Counted from the first letter of the stretch, positions 11,244 to 23,701 are shown. The stretch: 64,000 nucleotides of DNA from Eledone cirrhosa (GCA_964016885.1 OZ024752.1:23436001-23500000); one strand, 5' to 3'. Program-made: numbers and translations. The notes: generated by a model from the sequence alone, not told the origin.

Positions 11244-14200
11244 CCTTGAATCTCAGTCATTGATGTTGGTTAACTGGAAAGTCCGTTGGATTGAATATCA
11301 AGCCACTACCTGCAGCCTCAGATATTCAGGACGTATCGGAGGGTTCTTGCCGTTCCAAGCAAGCATGCCTTTTGAAGCGTTCCAAAAAGCGTGAAGGGGC
11401 CGATTTTCTTTAACCATCCCTGGAAACCTTTGGAGATAGTCCCCAGTGCGCCTATGACAATCGGGATCACTTTGACTTCATGGCAGTTCCAAATCCTTTT
11501 CACCTCCCACTTTAGGTCCTGGTATCGGTTAATTTTCTCCCTCTCCTTCTCTTGCACTCTCGTGTCGAACGGGCAGGCCACATCCACAATCAGGCACGAT
11601 CTTTTTTCTTTGTCCACAACCACCAGGTCAGGTCTATTGTGTTCCAGTTTTTTGTCCGTCTGTATCCTAAAATCCCACAGCACCTTCACCTGACTGTTCT
11701 CCATCACCGCCTCTGGCCTATGCTCATACCATTTCTCAGAATGTGGTAGATTGTTTACTTTGCACAGGTGCCAGTGGATCACCCTGCCCATCACATCGTG
11801 TCTCCAGCCCTTATAGTGGGTCTGGGCTAGGTGTTTACACTCGGACACAATGTGAGCCACAGTCTCCTCTCTCTCTCCACAGATCCTGCACAGTGGGCTA
11901 GCCTCCTCCTTGTAGATATGGTGCTTCAACCACTTCGTTTTGAGGGCCTGCTCCTGCGCAGCCATTAGCATTCCTTCTGTAGCCTTTTTGAGGTCTCCTC
12001 TTCTCAACCAGTTCCATGTCTGTGGATCTCTAAATTCAGTTTTCTCAAAGAAGGTACTATGAAGGGATTTTCCCTTAAGGCTGCTCTTCCTCCTTGATGT
12101 TATTTCCTCCTTGGGTATCCCCTGGCCTACTGTCCCCTCCTTCAGTACAGCTCTGAGCATTGGCTCCTTACTATAGGTCACGTATTTGTATAGGTTGTTT
12201 TTCTCCATCTGAACACAGTCCTCTATGCTGATAAGACCTCTTCCACCCTCAGATCTCCTTAGGTAGAGTCTATCGACATCACTCCTCTTGTGGAACATGT
12301 TGTAGATAGTCAATAGCTTCCTAGTCTTCCTATCCATTTCTTTTTGTTCAGCAACATTCCATCTCAGAATTCCCGCACTGTACCTAATAATAGACACAGC
12401 TCGGGAATTTACTGCGCTTATGGCATTTCTGCTGTTCAGATGTGACTTCAATACGCTCCTTACTCTCCGAATGTATTCAGTTCTTAACAATTCCTTCATT
12501 TTTTTGTTCTTTATGCCATCAGCCTCCAGAACGCCCAAATACTTGTATCCTTCCTCAGAGTCAATTTCCTTTATCATCTCACCTGTTGGTATCTGGATCC
12601 CGTTACTTCTGCTCAACCTACCCCTCCTCATCACAATGACTCCACATTTACCAATACCAAACTGCATACATATATCACTGCTGAAAATACGGACAGTGTC
12701 AACAAGCACATCCAACTCCTTCTCACTTTTCCCGAAGAGCTTAAGATCGTCCATGAAGAGGAGGTGATTGATGGTAAGCTCTCCCCTTCCCAACTTGTAT
12801 CCTGCTCTCACTTTTCGCAGCATAATGGTCAAGGGCATCAGGGCAAGGACAAACAACAGAGGGGACAGGCTATCTCCCTGGAAGATACCTCTCTTGATCT
12901 TCACGCTTCCCAAGGATACTCCAGTTGATGTCAACTCTGTCTCCCAGGACCCCATACTCCTGCCCAGCAACTGTCTGATGTTATCTGCCACCCTGAAGAT
13001 CTCCAGGCTTTTGGTGATCCAGGAATGAGGCACCATGTCAAATGCCTTTCTGTAGTCTATCCATCCCATGGCAAGATCAGTGTGTCTCCTCCTGCAATTC
13101 CCCATTACCATCTTATCAATAAGCAACTGGTCCTTTGTACCACGTGACTTCTTTCGGCATCCTTTCTGTTCGTCCGGCAACAAGTTGTTTGTGTGGAGGT
13201 GATGGTAGATTTCCTCAGACACAATGCTCGTCAACAGTTTCCACATTACGGGCAGACATGTGATAGGTCTATAGTTGGTAACATCATTACCCTTGATTCG
13301 GTCTTTCATTATCAGAACTGTGGTACCTTTTGTCAACCACTCTGGCACCTCACCCGACACCAAGCAGTCATTGAACATGGCCGTCAGCTTCGGGTGGAGG
13401 GATGTTAAATGTTTAATCCAATACCCCTGCACACCATCTGGGCCTGGTGATTTCCAGTTGGTTAGTTTTTTGGCTTGCCCCTTAAGAGTTTCAACTGTGA
13501 TACTCAAATCAGTCTGTTGCTGTGCCTGCTCACCGATCTCCCTCTGTACTGTCTCAATCCACCCTGCCTGGGCATTGTGTCTAACATCCTGCTCCCATAT
13601 TCCTCTCCAGAATGTTTTAGCTTGTTCCGCCCCAGGGATCAAGTCGGTGCCTCTTTCTTTCCCCTCAAGCTGTCCAAACAGCATCTTCTGGTTGTTGTCG
13701 AACATGCGGTTCTGTTTATACTGACTGACTCTGTTCTCGTATCGCCTGATTTTGGCACTCTTTGCTACAATGCGTTGCTTCAATTCCTCTATGATAATAT
13801 TTAGCTTTTTACTCCTAGTTTTGTATTTTATTTCCAGTCTATTTTTAGTGCCTATGTTTTTTAGTGTCCCATTCAGTAGTGACTCAAGCTTTCCTATGTC
13901 ATTTCTCATTTCCCCGATTTGCCCACTCAGTCGCTTCTTCCACCACGGCTCTGCTCTTTCTTGTCTGTTGTTTCCTCTCGCTTTTATACCAAGTAGTTTC
14001 CTCACCGTATTTGCTGTTGCTTTGAGGATATTGTTGCACTGGTGAAGACTCCTCGCCTCAAGGTATGGGATGACTTTGTTTACCTTAGCTGTTGTTTCTT
14101 TTAACTTTTTCCTGTCTACAAATCTTAGGTTCATAGGTCTCCCACTATCATTGTTCAACTCATCTACCACTAAATTTAGGATGTCAACCGAATCTTGTCC

Positions 14201-15233
14201 TAGCCCGTCAGCATTCATCTCCTCAGTGGCCGTATCTCTGTTCCAGGTATTATTTATCTCAGTATTCAGATCATTGTCTGCTTCGGGTGGTTCCTCCGCT
14301 CTCAGGACCTCCTCACCTTCATTTCCCGCCGGCTCGCTTGTCTGGCATACTACACCCGCCATCTCCAAGCCATTCTCTCTGCTCAGTTCCTCCAGTTCCA
14401 GCTCGCTTATCCACCCATTAGTTCTTATTACCCGAGCCTGCCCGGCCAATTTTTGTTCATCTAATTTAAATAAACCAATCTTGTTCCAGATGTTATGCAT
14501 CCGTCTCCTGTAGCCCCTCTCCTTGGGGTTACTTTTCAGGTAGCATTGCATAACAGTTCTATTCAATTCTTTCGTCCAGTTGGTTCTGGCCCCTTTCCTT
14601 CTTCTTCTTCCTCCAACATCAGCAGTATTTCGTTGACAGTCAGGTTCCTGCTGCTGAGCCAGGGGGCACCTGTTGGGTGAGAGTCTGTCACATGACGTTC
14701 TAGTCTCCATTTCACCGTTATTCGAACTGTTTATGTTCGATATTTAAACACTCTTATCGAGGATTGGCGAATGTATGTTTACATAGCCATCTGTGGATCC
14801 GCCATCCCACTTGGCCCTTGTGTGGCATTATCACCACGCTGTATACGGACACACATAAACAAACAAACACACGGGCAGAAAGGGCCCCAAAAATGAATAA
14901 GCATAAGTTTCATTGTAATGTAGTATTCGAATGTCCGACTTAGTTTTTGTTTTTTAAGTTTTACTTTTTCCCCCCTCTTCTCTGTCCGTCCGCCTGCTTC
15001 TCTCTTCATTCTTATTTTCTTTACGTTTTTGGGGTTTCTTTTTTTGTTTTTGTTTTTCTCTGTTTTTCTCGTTTTTTACTGTTGTTGCTGTGCTGCTTTT
15101 GTTGTTTGTTTTTTCTTTTTTCTTTTGAGTCTATCTATATATTTTGATGCCTTCCTCTTTGTTAGTAGTAGGAATTCTATAATGTGGAAGTGGTAGCCAG
15201 CAGAGACTAGCGGCGTTGGCGATACTGAGACAG
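11244..15233 (-). mobile_element. Family A REL retrotransposon, full-length (~4.0 kb), apparently intact
   Basis: ~520-nt 5' UTR starting at an (AAT)n junction with an Inr-like TCAGT near the start, a single uninterrupted ORF, a 74-nt 3' UTR and an (AAC/AAT)n tail. Confidence 0.93.
11318..14710 (-). CDS. RT-REL polyprotein of Dong/R4-like element A (1130 aa)
   Basis: N-terminal WTKELNRTVMQCY (Myb-like), RT (KSPGPDG, YRPITCL, DYRKAFD, QGDSLSP, FMDD), CCHC CRICGEREETVAHIVSEC, RHD, RPDLVVVD..IVDVACP..EK REL nuclease. Confidence 0.93.
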   Translation of the reverse strand: METRTSCDRLSPNRCPLAQQQEPDCQRNTADVGGRRRRKGARTNWTKELNRTVMQCYLKSNPKERGYRRRMHNIWNKIGLFKLDEQKLAGQARVIRTNGWISELELEELSRENGLEMAGVVCQTSEPAGNEGEEVLRAEEPPEADNDLNTEINNTWNRDTATEEMNADGLGQDSVDILNLVVDELNNDSGRPMNLRFVDRKKLKETTAKVNKVIPYLEARSLHQCNNILKATANTVRKLLGIKARGNNRQERAEPWWKKRLSGQIGEMRNDIGKLESLLNGTLKNIGTKNRLEIKYKTRSKKLNIIIEELKQRIVAKSAKIRRYENRVSQYKQNRMFDNNQKMLFGQLEGKERGTDLIPGAEQAKTFWRGIWEQDVRHNAQAGWIETVQREIGEQAQQQTDLSITVETLKGQAKKLTNWKSPGPDGVQGYWIKHLTSLHPKLTAMFNDCLVSGEVPEWLTKGTTVLIMKDRIKGNDVTNYRPITCLPVMWKLLTSIVSEEIYHHLHTNNLLPDEQKGCRKKSRGTKDQLLIDKMVMGNCRRRHTDLAMGWIDYRKAFDMVPHSWITKSLEIFRVADNIRQLLGRSMGSWETELTSTGVSLGSVKIKRGIFQGDSLSPLLFVLALMPLTIMLRKVRAGYKLGRGELTINHLLFMDDLKLFGKSEKELDVLVDTVRIFSSDICMQFGIGKCGVIVMRRGRLSRSNGIQIPTGEMIKEIDSEEGYKYLGVLEADGIKNKKMKELLRTEYIRRVRSVLKSHLNSRNAISAVNSRAVSIIRYSAGILRWNVAEQKEMDRKTRKLLTIYNMFHKRSDVDRLYLRRSEGGRGLISIEDCVQMEKNNLYKYVTYSKEPMLRAVLKEGTVGQGIPKEEITSRRKSSLKGKSLHSTFFEKTEFRDPQTWNWLRRGDLKKATEGMLMAAQEQALKTKWLKHHIYKEEASPLCRICGEREETVAHIVSECKHLAQTHYKGWRHDVMGRVIHWHLCKVNNLPHSEKWYEHRPEAVMENSQVKVLWDFRIQTDKKLEHNRPDLVVVDKEKRSCLIVDVACPFDTRVQEKEREKINRYQDLKWEVKRIWNCHEVKVIPIVIGALGTISKGFQGWLKKIGPFTLFGTLQKACLLGTARTLRYVLNI

Positions 15234-15288
<55 letters not shown>
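15234..15288. repeat. (TTA)n target/tail tract
   Basis: Pure tta run between the A 5' end and the B 3' end. Confidence 0.95.
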
Positions 15289-15289
<1 letters not shown>

Positions 15290-15432
15290 AGTTGTATTTA
15301 TCTTGCTTTATGTTCATACGAGTTATCACCAAGTCACAACCAGTGACCTCAAGAGACAACAAGGTCCGCCATGTTCAAGAAAGAACATACATATTCACAC
15401 ATGCATCTTTAGTGTTTAGACTTGTGATGTAC

Positions 15433-18400
15433 TTATATTGACAGAATCTTCCTTAGTATATGGGCAGTTCCCATTAGTACTATCTTTTGTATTTCTCCTA
15501 TACGCGGGTTTCCTGGGATTTGCGATAAGTAATCATTAGACCCCTTAGGTATCATTCCCAGAGCGCCTACAACCACTGGTATTGTTTTAGTTCTCAATTT
15601 CCACATTTTTCCAATTTCTATCTCCAGGTCCTTATACTTGCTCAATTTTTCAAATGTTTTTATAGATACATTCTTGTCTATTGGAACAGACATATCAATT
15701 AGCATGCATACCCTCTTTTGAAAGTCTTTCAATATTATATCAGGTCTGTTTGCATCTATTTTTCGGTCTGTTTGGATGCTAAAGTTCCACAAGATTGAGA
15801 TGTGATCTTTTTCAAGTATGGGAGGTGGTTGATGCTCCCACCAATTCTTTTGATGGGGCAGGTCAAAATGCTTACACATTATCCAATGTATGTATTGTGC
15901 AGCTCTGTCATGCCTGTTTAGGTATTCGGTTGGAGCTATAGGACTGCACATTGAAATTATATGGTCAATTGTCTCTGGTTGTTTTTTGCATACACGGCAT
16001 AATGGGCTGCATCCATTTTTTATGATGTTGGCTTGGTAATTTTTTGTTGGCAGACACTGATCTTGTGCTGATATAATCAGTCCTTCAGTCTCCGATTTCA
16101 GTCCAGAGGATGCCAACCACTGATGGGTTAAAGTTTTGTCAAGATCAGGATAGTTAGCTCGCTCTGGGTATTTTCCATACAGAGGCTTTTCTTGCCATTT
16201 CTTAGCCAGTTTCTGTAGCAGTTCTTTCTTTGCAGTTACTTTTACCTGCTTTGCTTTTTCTGTGTTTTGCATTTCAGCAGTAAATGGGACTTCTGAAATT
16301 TGTAGTCCATTACTGTATCTTTGTGCATCTTTTGTAATGGAATATGATCTTTTGATGCTTTCGTGTTTCAAAACGAGTTTGATCATCCAATCATGTGATT
16401 CCCTTAGATATGTAGATAATCCAATTGTTGCAGTTTTCAACGCAATGTCTAACTGGATTAACCCACGTCCTCTTTCTTTCCTAGGGAGATATATTCTATC
16501 TATATCTGCCTTTGGGTGATGCATTCTATGCATGGTTAAGAATTTTCGAATTTTTGTATCGAGCCTACGGATCTCTGTGCTTGACCAGTTGATGACATTG
16601 TAACTGTAGGTTACTACTGGTATGGCAAGCGTGTTTATGGCATCGATCCTATTCCTTGCATTCAATTCCGTTCTTAAGATTGCCCTTACTCTGCGGTAAC
16701 ATTCCTTCCTTATCCTTTCCCTCATTGTCGAGTGCTTGATTCCGTCTCCTTCACAAACACCTAGATATTTGTAAGTTTTTTCTTGATCAAGTTCTCTTAT
16801 CACGTTCCCCCGATCAAGATTAATGTCTGAACTCTTCAGCAGCTTTCCTCTGGTGAACGTTGCTTTGGCGCATTTATCTAGTCCAAACTCTATTTTAATG
16901 TCATCACTGAACTGCTCCACAGTGGATAATAGCCCTTGCAATTGTTCATCATTTTTTGCAAATAGTTTCAGGTCATCCATGTAGAACAAGTGATTAATGG
17001 TTTTGTCATAGACTTTATATCCATGTTTTGTTTCATTGAGCATTTTACTTAATGGTATAAGCGCGATGCAGAATAAAAGCGGTGATAAAGAGTCACCCTG
17101 AAAAATTCCACAATTAATATTAACTTCTCCAGCTTCCAGTGATTTTGTTTCACTATTCAAAAGGAGTGTCGTTTTCCATGTCTTCATACTGAATGACAAA
17201 AACCTCCTGACAACGGGGGATATTTTGAAAATCTCTAAACATTTTTCAATCCAACTGTGGCAAACTATCGAATGCTTTTTTATAATCTATCCAAGCAATC
17301 GATAGATTTTTGTGTCTATTATGACAATCTTCCAGTATCATTTTGTTAACCAGAAGCTGATCCTTACAGCCATATGAGCCTCGTTTACACCCTTTCTGCT
17401 CAATGGGAAATAGGTCATTTGTTATCAGTTGGTCATATGTGTATTCAGTTAGGACTGATGTTAAAATTTTATACATTGTGGTCAAGCAAGTTATCGGTCT
17501 GTAATTTTTGGGATTGTTTGTCTCATCATTCTTCGGAAGCAGGAATGTAATGCCGTTAACTAGCCATGAAGGTATCTTTTCTGGCTCCTTAACTATTTCA
17601 TTGTAAAGTTGGGCTAACAGCTCATGAGACTCCGTGAAGGCATTTATCCAAAAGTTTTGTATTTTGTCTTTTCCTGGGGATTTCCATTTGCTTGTTTTTC
17701 TTAGAGCCAAGCGCAACTGTTCAACTGTTATATTTTCCCATATTTGTTCCTCAAGGTGAGCTGTATCTTTCATTTGTCTGTCTATCCATGGGGCATGTAT
17801 GTTATGAACTTTTTCTTCGGCCCAGATCTTTTCCCAGAATTCTTGCACTTCCTCCTTGGGTGGTATTGATTTAGCAGTTATTGTTGACTTACCAATTTTT
17901 CTGTAGAAGTTTCTTTGGTTGTTTTTGAACATATTATTGTCCTTATAGAATCTAGATCGTTTTTCAAAGCGCCTTACACGAGCATCTTTGGCCGACACTT
18001 TTTGCTTGATTATTTCTATCAGCATGTCTATGTCACATGTTGATTTTATACTGTACTTTTTTTCAATTTTCTAAGTTTAGTTTGTTTAACATGTTCACCT
18101 ACTTTATAGTTTGTTAAAATTTCTATGTCAGATCGGAGAAGGTTTATTTGGCGATTGATGTTCTCTTGCCAAGTAGATTTCTTGTGGGAATTCCTTTGTT
18201 TTTTCATCTTCACTCCACATAAGTGAGTGGTGACTTTAGCCGATGCATAATAGAGATGATTTAAATCAGTAATGTTTAGATTGTTTGTGATGATAATGTT
18301 TTTGAGAATTATGTTAGTCTTGTGTATTATCTTTTGGTTCTGTTTGGAGTTCTGGATCTTAGGGAGGGTGTCTCGTTGCCCCATGTCAGATTCTTTCATT

Positions 18401-19080
18401 TTCATCCATTCGATCATAATTTCATCCTTCAAGTTGGCAAGTTCATTCTCATTCATTTCTTTATCATTTACGATCTCATTATTTTCATTTGGAGTTTCAT
18501 CCTGAGCATGCACTCCCTCCCCTTTTTCGATCCTTTCTTTAATTTGTTCTGTTGCCAGTGATTCCGCCCCAACCCTGGGATTCGAAGTGTTACAATTTAC
18601 CTCGTTTTCACTGACACATGTTTCATTTTCCCTTCGCTGACTTTGTGCTAATAGCTTGATCTGATCAATTTCTATATCAGTTAGTAACTTGTTTCTTACA
18701 ATATTTCTTCGTATATTGGCTAGTTTGTTACTGTCAATATAGCCTATGTTTTCGGGATGTTTCTTTTTCCAGTTGATATATGTCTGTTCTGTATTCGATG
18801 TATTTGATGGGTAGTACATGGCAGTGTAGAAAGCCTCAAAGACTTCTTTATTATCTTCCCATGACCATTTTTCTCTCTTTTTCTTTGGATTTCTTGGTGG
18901 TGAGCATGGAGGGCTAACAGTAGGAGTATTCCGGTTATGAGAGGTCTCCAGCTCCGAAGTGATGGGAAGGTTTGAACCATTAGCTGATTTTTCGACCCCA
19001 GTCTGGTTCCTCTCTGAGGGACGCGGCCCTTTTTTACCCGGGTGACGGCCGATCCGGTATGAGATTTTATCATTAGACAT
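15433..19080 (-). pseudogene. Family B RT-REL ORF (~1215 codons) with two frameshifts
   Basis: Three consecutive ORFs (18046..19080, 17246..18025, 15433..17199). Breaks at a homopolymer near 18060 and a 2-nt deletion near 17258 (ccaactgtggc versus ccaactgtctggc in the 3261..5284 copy). Confidence 0.88.
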
Positions 19081-19320
19081 TTACTTTATTTTGTCGCGTT
19101 TTATCCTTATCCACCAAAGGGTAATCATTTCGTGTTACCACTTCTAGAACGAGTGTCAACCAAGACTAGAGGGGTCGTTCTCCCCTAGAGACACGGCTAT
19201 TCCCCGCCGGCCGCCATCCCGGTATTTCTTGGTCACGGGGTTTTCTTTTTTGTTGTTTTTTTAAATTGTTATTATCATGAGTGGTTCCTTAATGTGAGCA
19301 TTGCGTGGCTTAAGAATGAA

Positions 19321-19377
19321 ATTATTAATAATTGTCTCCACTCCAGGCACAAGGCCAGCATTTACCCAGTGCATTAC
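19321..19377 (-). mobile_element. SINE 3'-tail remnant inside the family B upstream region
   Basis: Reverse complement gtaatgcactgggtaaatgctggccttgtgcctggagtggagacaattatt matches the SINE tail. Confidence 0.75.
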
Positions 19378-20326
19378 AATAATATAATATACTTTTTGCT
19401 GAAGTTGCCTGTTATTGTTGTTGGATATGTCGGTGGTGGTGCTGGTTTTTTTTATATTGTTGGTGAGGAAGGGGGGAGCCAGCAGTGCCATAGTTGTTGA
19501 CGTTTGGCCGGTGGCCAGGTCACTAAGTCAATCTATTTATATCTTTTGCTAGCCTCTCCCTTGTCTAGTGATACCGCCACGTTTCCCTTTCTTAAGTTAA
19601 AAGAAGGTAATGGGGAATAGTGGTGGTAGCAATGAAGGAGTGGTGGCGGCGGTGATGGGATAGTGGTAGCAATGATGGATGGAGTGGTGGCGGCGGTGGC
19701 GTTGTCGTTACTGAGTTTTGTTGAATGGACTAGTTTTTTGATATGTAGTATCTATGCGTTTGTGTCGCGTATGTTTAATATATGTGTTGAATAGACTAGT
19801 TTTGTTTGATCTGTAGTATCTATGCGTTTGTTTCGCTTATGTTTAATATATATTGTGTTGACATATTCCCTTAATATTGGAATTAAAGATTTTGTTAAAA
19901 CTTGAAACAATAATAATTGTAATTATTATTATGATGCTGGGATTGGTGGTGGTGGTGGGGGTGAAATTGCCGTTATCTGGCTGTTATATTTAGTGTACAC
20001 AGCGGAGTGATGGGGTAGGTGGTGTATCAAGTTTCTGGTGTTGGTGAAATTGCTGTTATTTGGCTGTTCTATATAGTGTAGACAGAGGGTTTTTTTTTCC
20101 ATTTATAACCATTTCTTTTTTGAATATAAAATATATTATACAAAATTGAATATTTGAGCGATATAACAATATATTATGGATCCGAAATTTTATGAGACTT
20201 GATTCGGTGATTTATGCATCATTTGTACTAAGAATTGTTATTTCACAATTGATTTAAATATGTTAAAAATCAAAAACTTACGGGAGCGATTTCATGACCT
20301 TCTACCACCACGTGCGTCTTCTTCCC

Positions 20327-20454
<128 letters not shown>

Positions 20455-23400
20455 CCTTGAATCTCAGTCATTGATGTTGGTTAACTGGAAAGTCCGTTGG
20501 AATGAATATCAAGCCACTACCTGCAGCCTCAGATATTCAGGACGTATCGGAGGGTTCTTGCTGTTCCAAGCAAGCATGCCTTTTGAAGCGTTCCAAAAAG
20601 CGTGAAGGGGCCGATTTTCTTTAACCATCCCTGGAAACTGTTGGAGATAGTCCCCAGTGCGCCTATGACAATCGGGATCACTTTGACTTCATGGCAGTTC
20701 CAAATCCTTTTCACCTCCCACTTTAGGTCCTGGTATCGGTTAATTTTCTCCCTCTCCTTCTCTTGCACTCTCGTGTCGAACGGGCAGGCCACATCCACAA
20801 TCAGACACGATCTTTTTTCTTTGTCCACAACCACCAGGTCAGGTCTATTGTGTTCCAGTTTTTTGTCCGTCTGTATCCTAAAATCCCACAGCACCTTCAC
20901 CTGATTGTTCTCCATCACCGCCTCCGGCCTATGCTCATACCATTTCTCAGAATGTGGTAAATTGTTTACTTTGCACAGGTGCCAGTGGATCACCCTGCCC
21001 ATCACATCGTGTCTCCAGCCCTTATAGTGGGTCTGGGCTAGGTGTTTACACTCGGACACAATGTGAGCCACAGTCTCCTCTCTCTCTCCACAGATCCTAC
21101 ACAGTGGGCTAGCCTCCTCCTTGTAAATATGGTGCTTCAACCACTTCGTTTTGAGGGCCTGCTCCTGCGCAGCCATTATCATTCCTTCTGTAGCCTTTTT
21201 GAGGTCTCCTCTTCTCAACCAGTTCCATGTCTGTGGATCTCTAAATTCAGTTTTCTCAAAGAAGGTACTATGAAGGGATTTTCCCTTAAGGCTGCTCTTC
21301 CTCCTTGATGTTATTTCCTCCTTGGACATCCCCTGGCCTACTGTCCCCTCCTTCAGTACAGTTTTGAGCATTGGCTCCTTACTATAGGTCACGTATTTGT
21401 ATAGGTTGTTTTTCTCCACCTGAACACAGTCCTCTATGCTGATAAGACCTCTTCCACCCTCAGATCTCCTTAGGTAGAGTCTATCGACATCACTCCTCTT
21501 GTGGAACATGTTGTAGATAGTCAATAGCTTCCTAGTCTTCCTATCCATTTCTTTTTGTTCAGCAACATTCCATCTCAGAATTCCCGCACTGTACCTAATA
21601 ATAGACACAGCTCGGGAATTTACTGCGCTTATGGCATTTCTGCTGTTCAGATGGGACTTCAATACGCTTCTTACTCTCCGAATGTATTCAGTTCTTAACA
21701 ATTCCTTCATTTTTTTGTTCTTTATGCCATCAGCCTCCAGAACGCCCAAATACTTGTATCCTTCCTCAGAGTCAATTTCCTTTTTCATCTCACCTGTTGG
21801 TATCTGGATCCCGCTACTTCTGTTCAACCTACCCCTCCTCATCACAATGACTCCACATTTACCAATACCAAACTGCATACATATATCACTGCTGAATATA
21901 CGGACAGTGTCAACAAGCACATCCAACTCCTTCTCGCTTTTCCTGAAGAGCTTAAGATCGTCCATGAAGAGGAGGTGATTGATGGTAAGCTCTCCCCTTC
22001 CCAACTTGTATCCTGCTCTCACTTTTCGCAGCATAATGGTCAAGGGCATTAGGGCAAGGACAAACAACAGAGGGGACAGGCTATCTCCCTGGAAGATACC
22101 TCTCTTGATCTTCACGCTTCCCAAGGATACTCCAGTTGATGTCAACTCTGTCTCCCAGGACCCCATACTCCTGCCCAGCAACTGTCTGATGTTATCTGCC
22201 ACCCTGAAGATCTCCAGGCTTTTGGTGATCCAAGAATGAGACACTATGTCAAATGCCTTTCTGTAGTCTATCCATCCCATGGCAAGATCAGTGTGTCTCC
22301 TCCTGCAATTCCCCATTACCATCTTATCAATAAGTAACTGGTCCTTTGTACCACGTGACTTCTTTCGGCATCCTTTCTGTTCGTCCGGTAACAAGTTGTT
22401 TGTGTGGAGGTGATGGTAGATTTCCTCAGACACAATGCTCGTCAACAGTTTCCACATTACGGACAGACATGTGATAGGTCTATAGTTGGTAACATCATTA
22501 CCCTTGATTCGGTCTTTCATTATCAGAACTGTGGTACCTTTTGTCAACCACTCTGGCACCTCACCCGACACCAAGCAGTCATTGAACATGGCCGTCAGCT
22601 TCGGGTGGACGGATGTTAAATGTTTAATCCAATACCCCTGCACACCATCTGGGCCTGGTGATTTCCAGTTGGTTAGTTTTTTGGCCTGCCCCTTAAGAGT
22701 TTCAACTGTGATACTCAAATCAGTTTGTTGTTGTGCCTGCTCACCGATCTCCCTCTGTACTGTCTCAATCCACCCTGCCTGGGCATTATGTCTAACATCC
22801 TGCTCCCATATTCATCTCCAGAATGTTTTAGTTTGTTCCGCCCCAGGGATCAAGTCGTTGCCTCTTTCTTTCCCCTCAAGCTGTCCAAACAGCATCTTCT
22901 GGTTGTTGTCGAACATGCGGTTCTGTTTATACTGACTGACTCTGTTCTCGTATCGCCTGATTTTTGCACTCTTTGCTACAATGCGTTGCTTCAATTCCTC
23001 TATGATAATATTTAGCTTTTTCCTCCTAGTTTTGTATTTTATTTCCAGTCTATTTTTAGTGCCTATGTTTTTTAGTGTCCCATTCAGTAGTGACTCAAGC
23101 TTTCCTATGTCATTTCTCATTTCCCCGATTTGCCCACTCAGTCGCTTCTTCCACCACGGCTCTGCTCTTTCTTGTCTGTTGTTTCCTCTCGCTTTTATAC
23201 CAAGTAGTTTCCTCACCGTATTTGCTGTTGCTTTGAGGATATTGTTGCACTGGTGAAGGCTCCTCGCCTCAAGGTATGGGATGACTTTGTTTACCTTAGC
23301 TGTTGTTTCTTTTAACTTTTTCCTGTCTACAAATCTTAGGTTCATAGGTCTCCCACTATCATTGTTCAATTCATCTACCACTAAATTTAGGATGTCAACC

Positions 23401-23701
23401 GAATCTTGTCCTAGCCCGTCAGCATTCATCTCCTCAGTGGCCGTATCTCTGTTCCAGGTATTATTTATCTCAGTATTCAGATCATTGTCTGCTTCGGGTG
23501 GTTCCTCCGTTCTCAGGATCTCTTCACCTTCATTTCCCACTGGCTCGCTTGTCTGGCATACTACACCCGCCATCTCCAAGCCATTCTCTCTGCTCAGTTC
23601 CTCCAGTTCCAGCTCGCTTATCCACCCATTAGTTCTTATTACCCGAGCCTGCCCGGCCAATTTTTGTTCATCTAATTTAAATAAACCAATCTCGTTCCAG
23701 A

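Larger units (their letters stand above)
15289..20326 (-). mobile_element. Family B REL retrotransposon, full-length, frameshifted; 5' boundary inferred at the next (TTA)n
   Basis: Complete coding region 15433..19080 plus ~1.25 kb upstream to the next TTA tract. Whether all of 19260..20326 belongs to B is inferred. Confidence 0.8.

Noticed and set aside
11391-14680. Recurrent plus-strand ORFs (MKGPIFF.., MHSRVER.., MAFLLFR..) repeated several times
   Set aside because: Antisense shadows of the family A ORF. They recur only because the element is repeated.
15150-15233. HDV-like ribozyme at the 5' ends of family A, family B or Tx1 elements
   Set aside because: I could not build the nested double pseudoknot (P1, P1.1, P2, P3, P4) by eye. 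A descriptor search would be needed.
22812-22814. Selenocysteine recoding of the shared TGA
   Set aside because: The intact copy has Gly (GGA), not Cys, at this codon, and no SECIS-like element is evident in the 74-nt 3' UTR.
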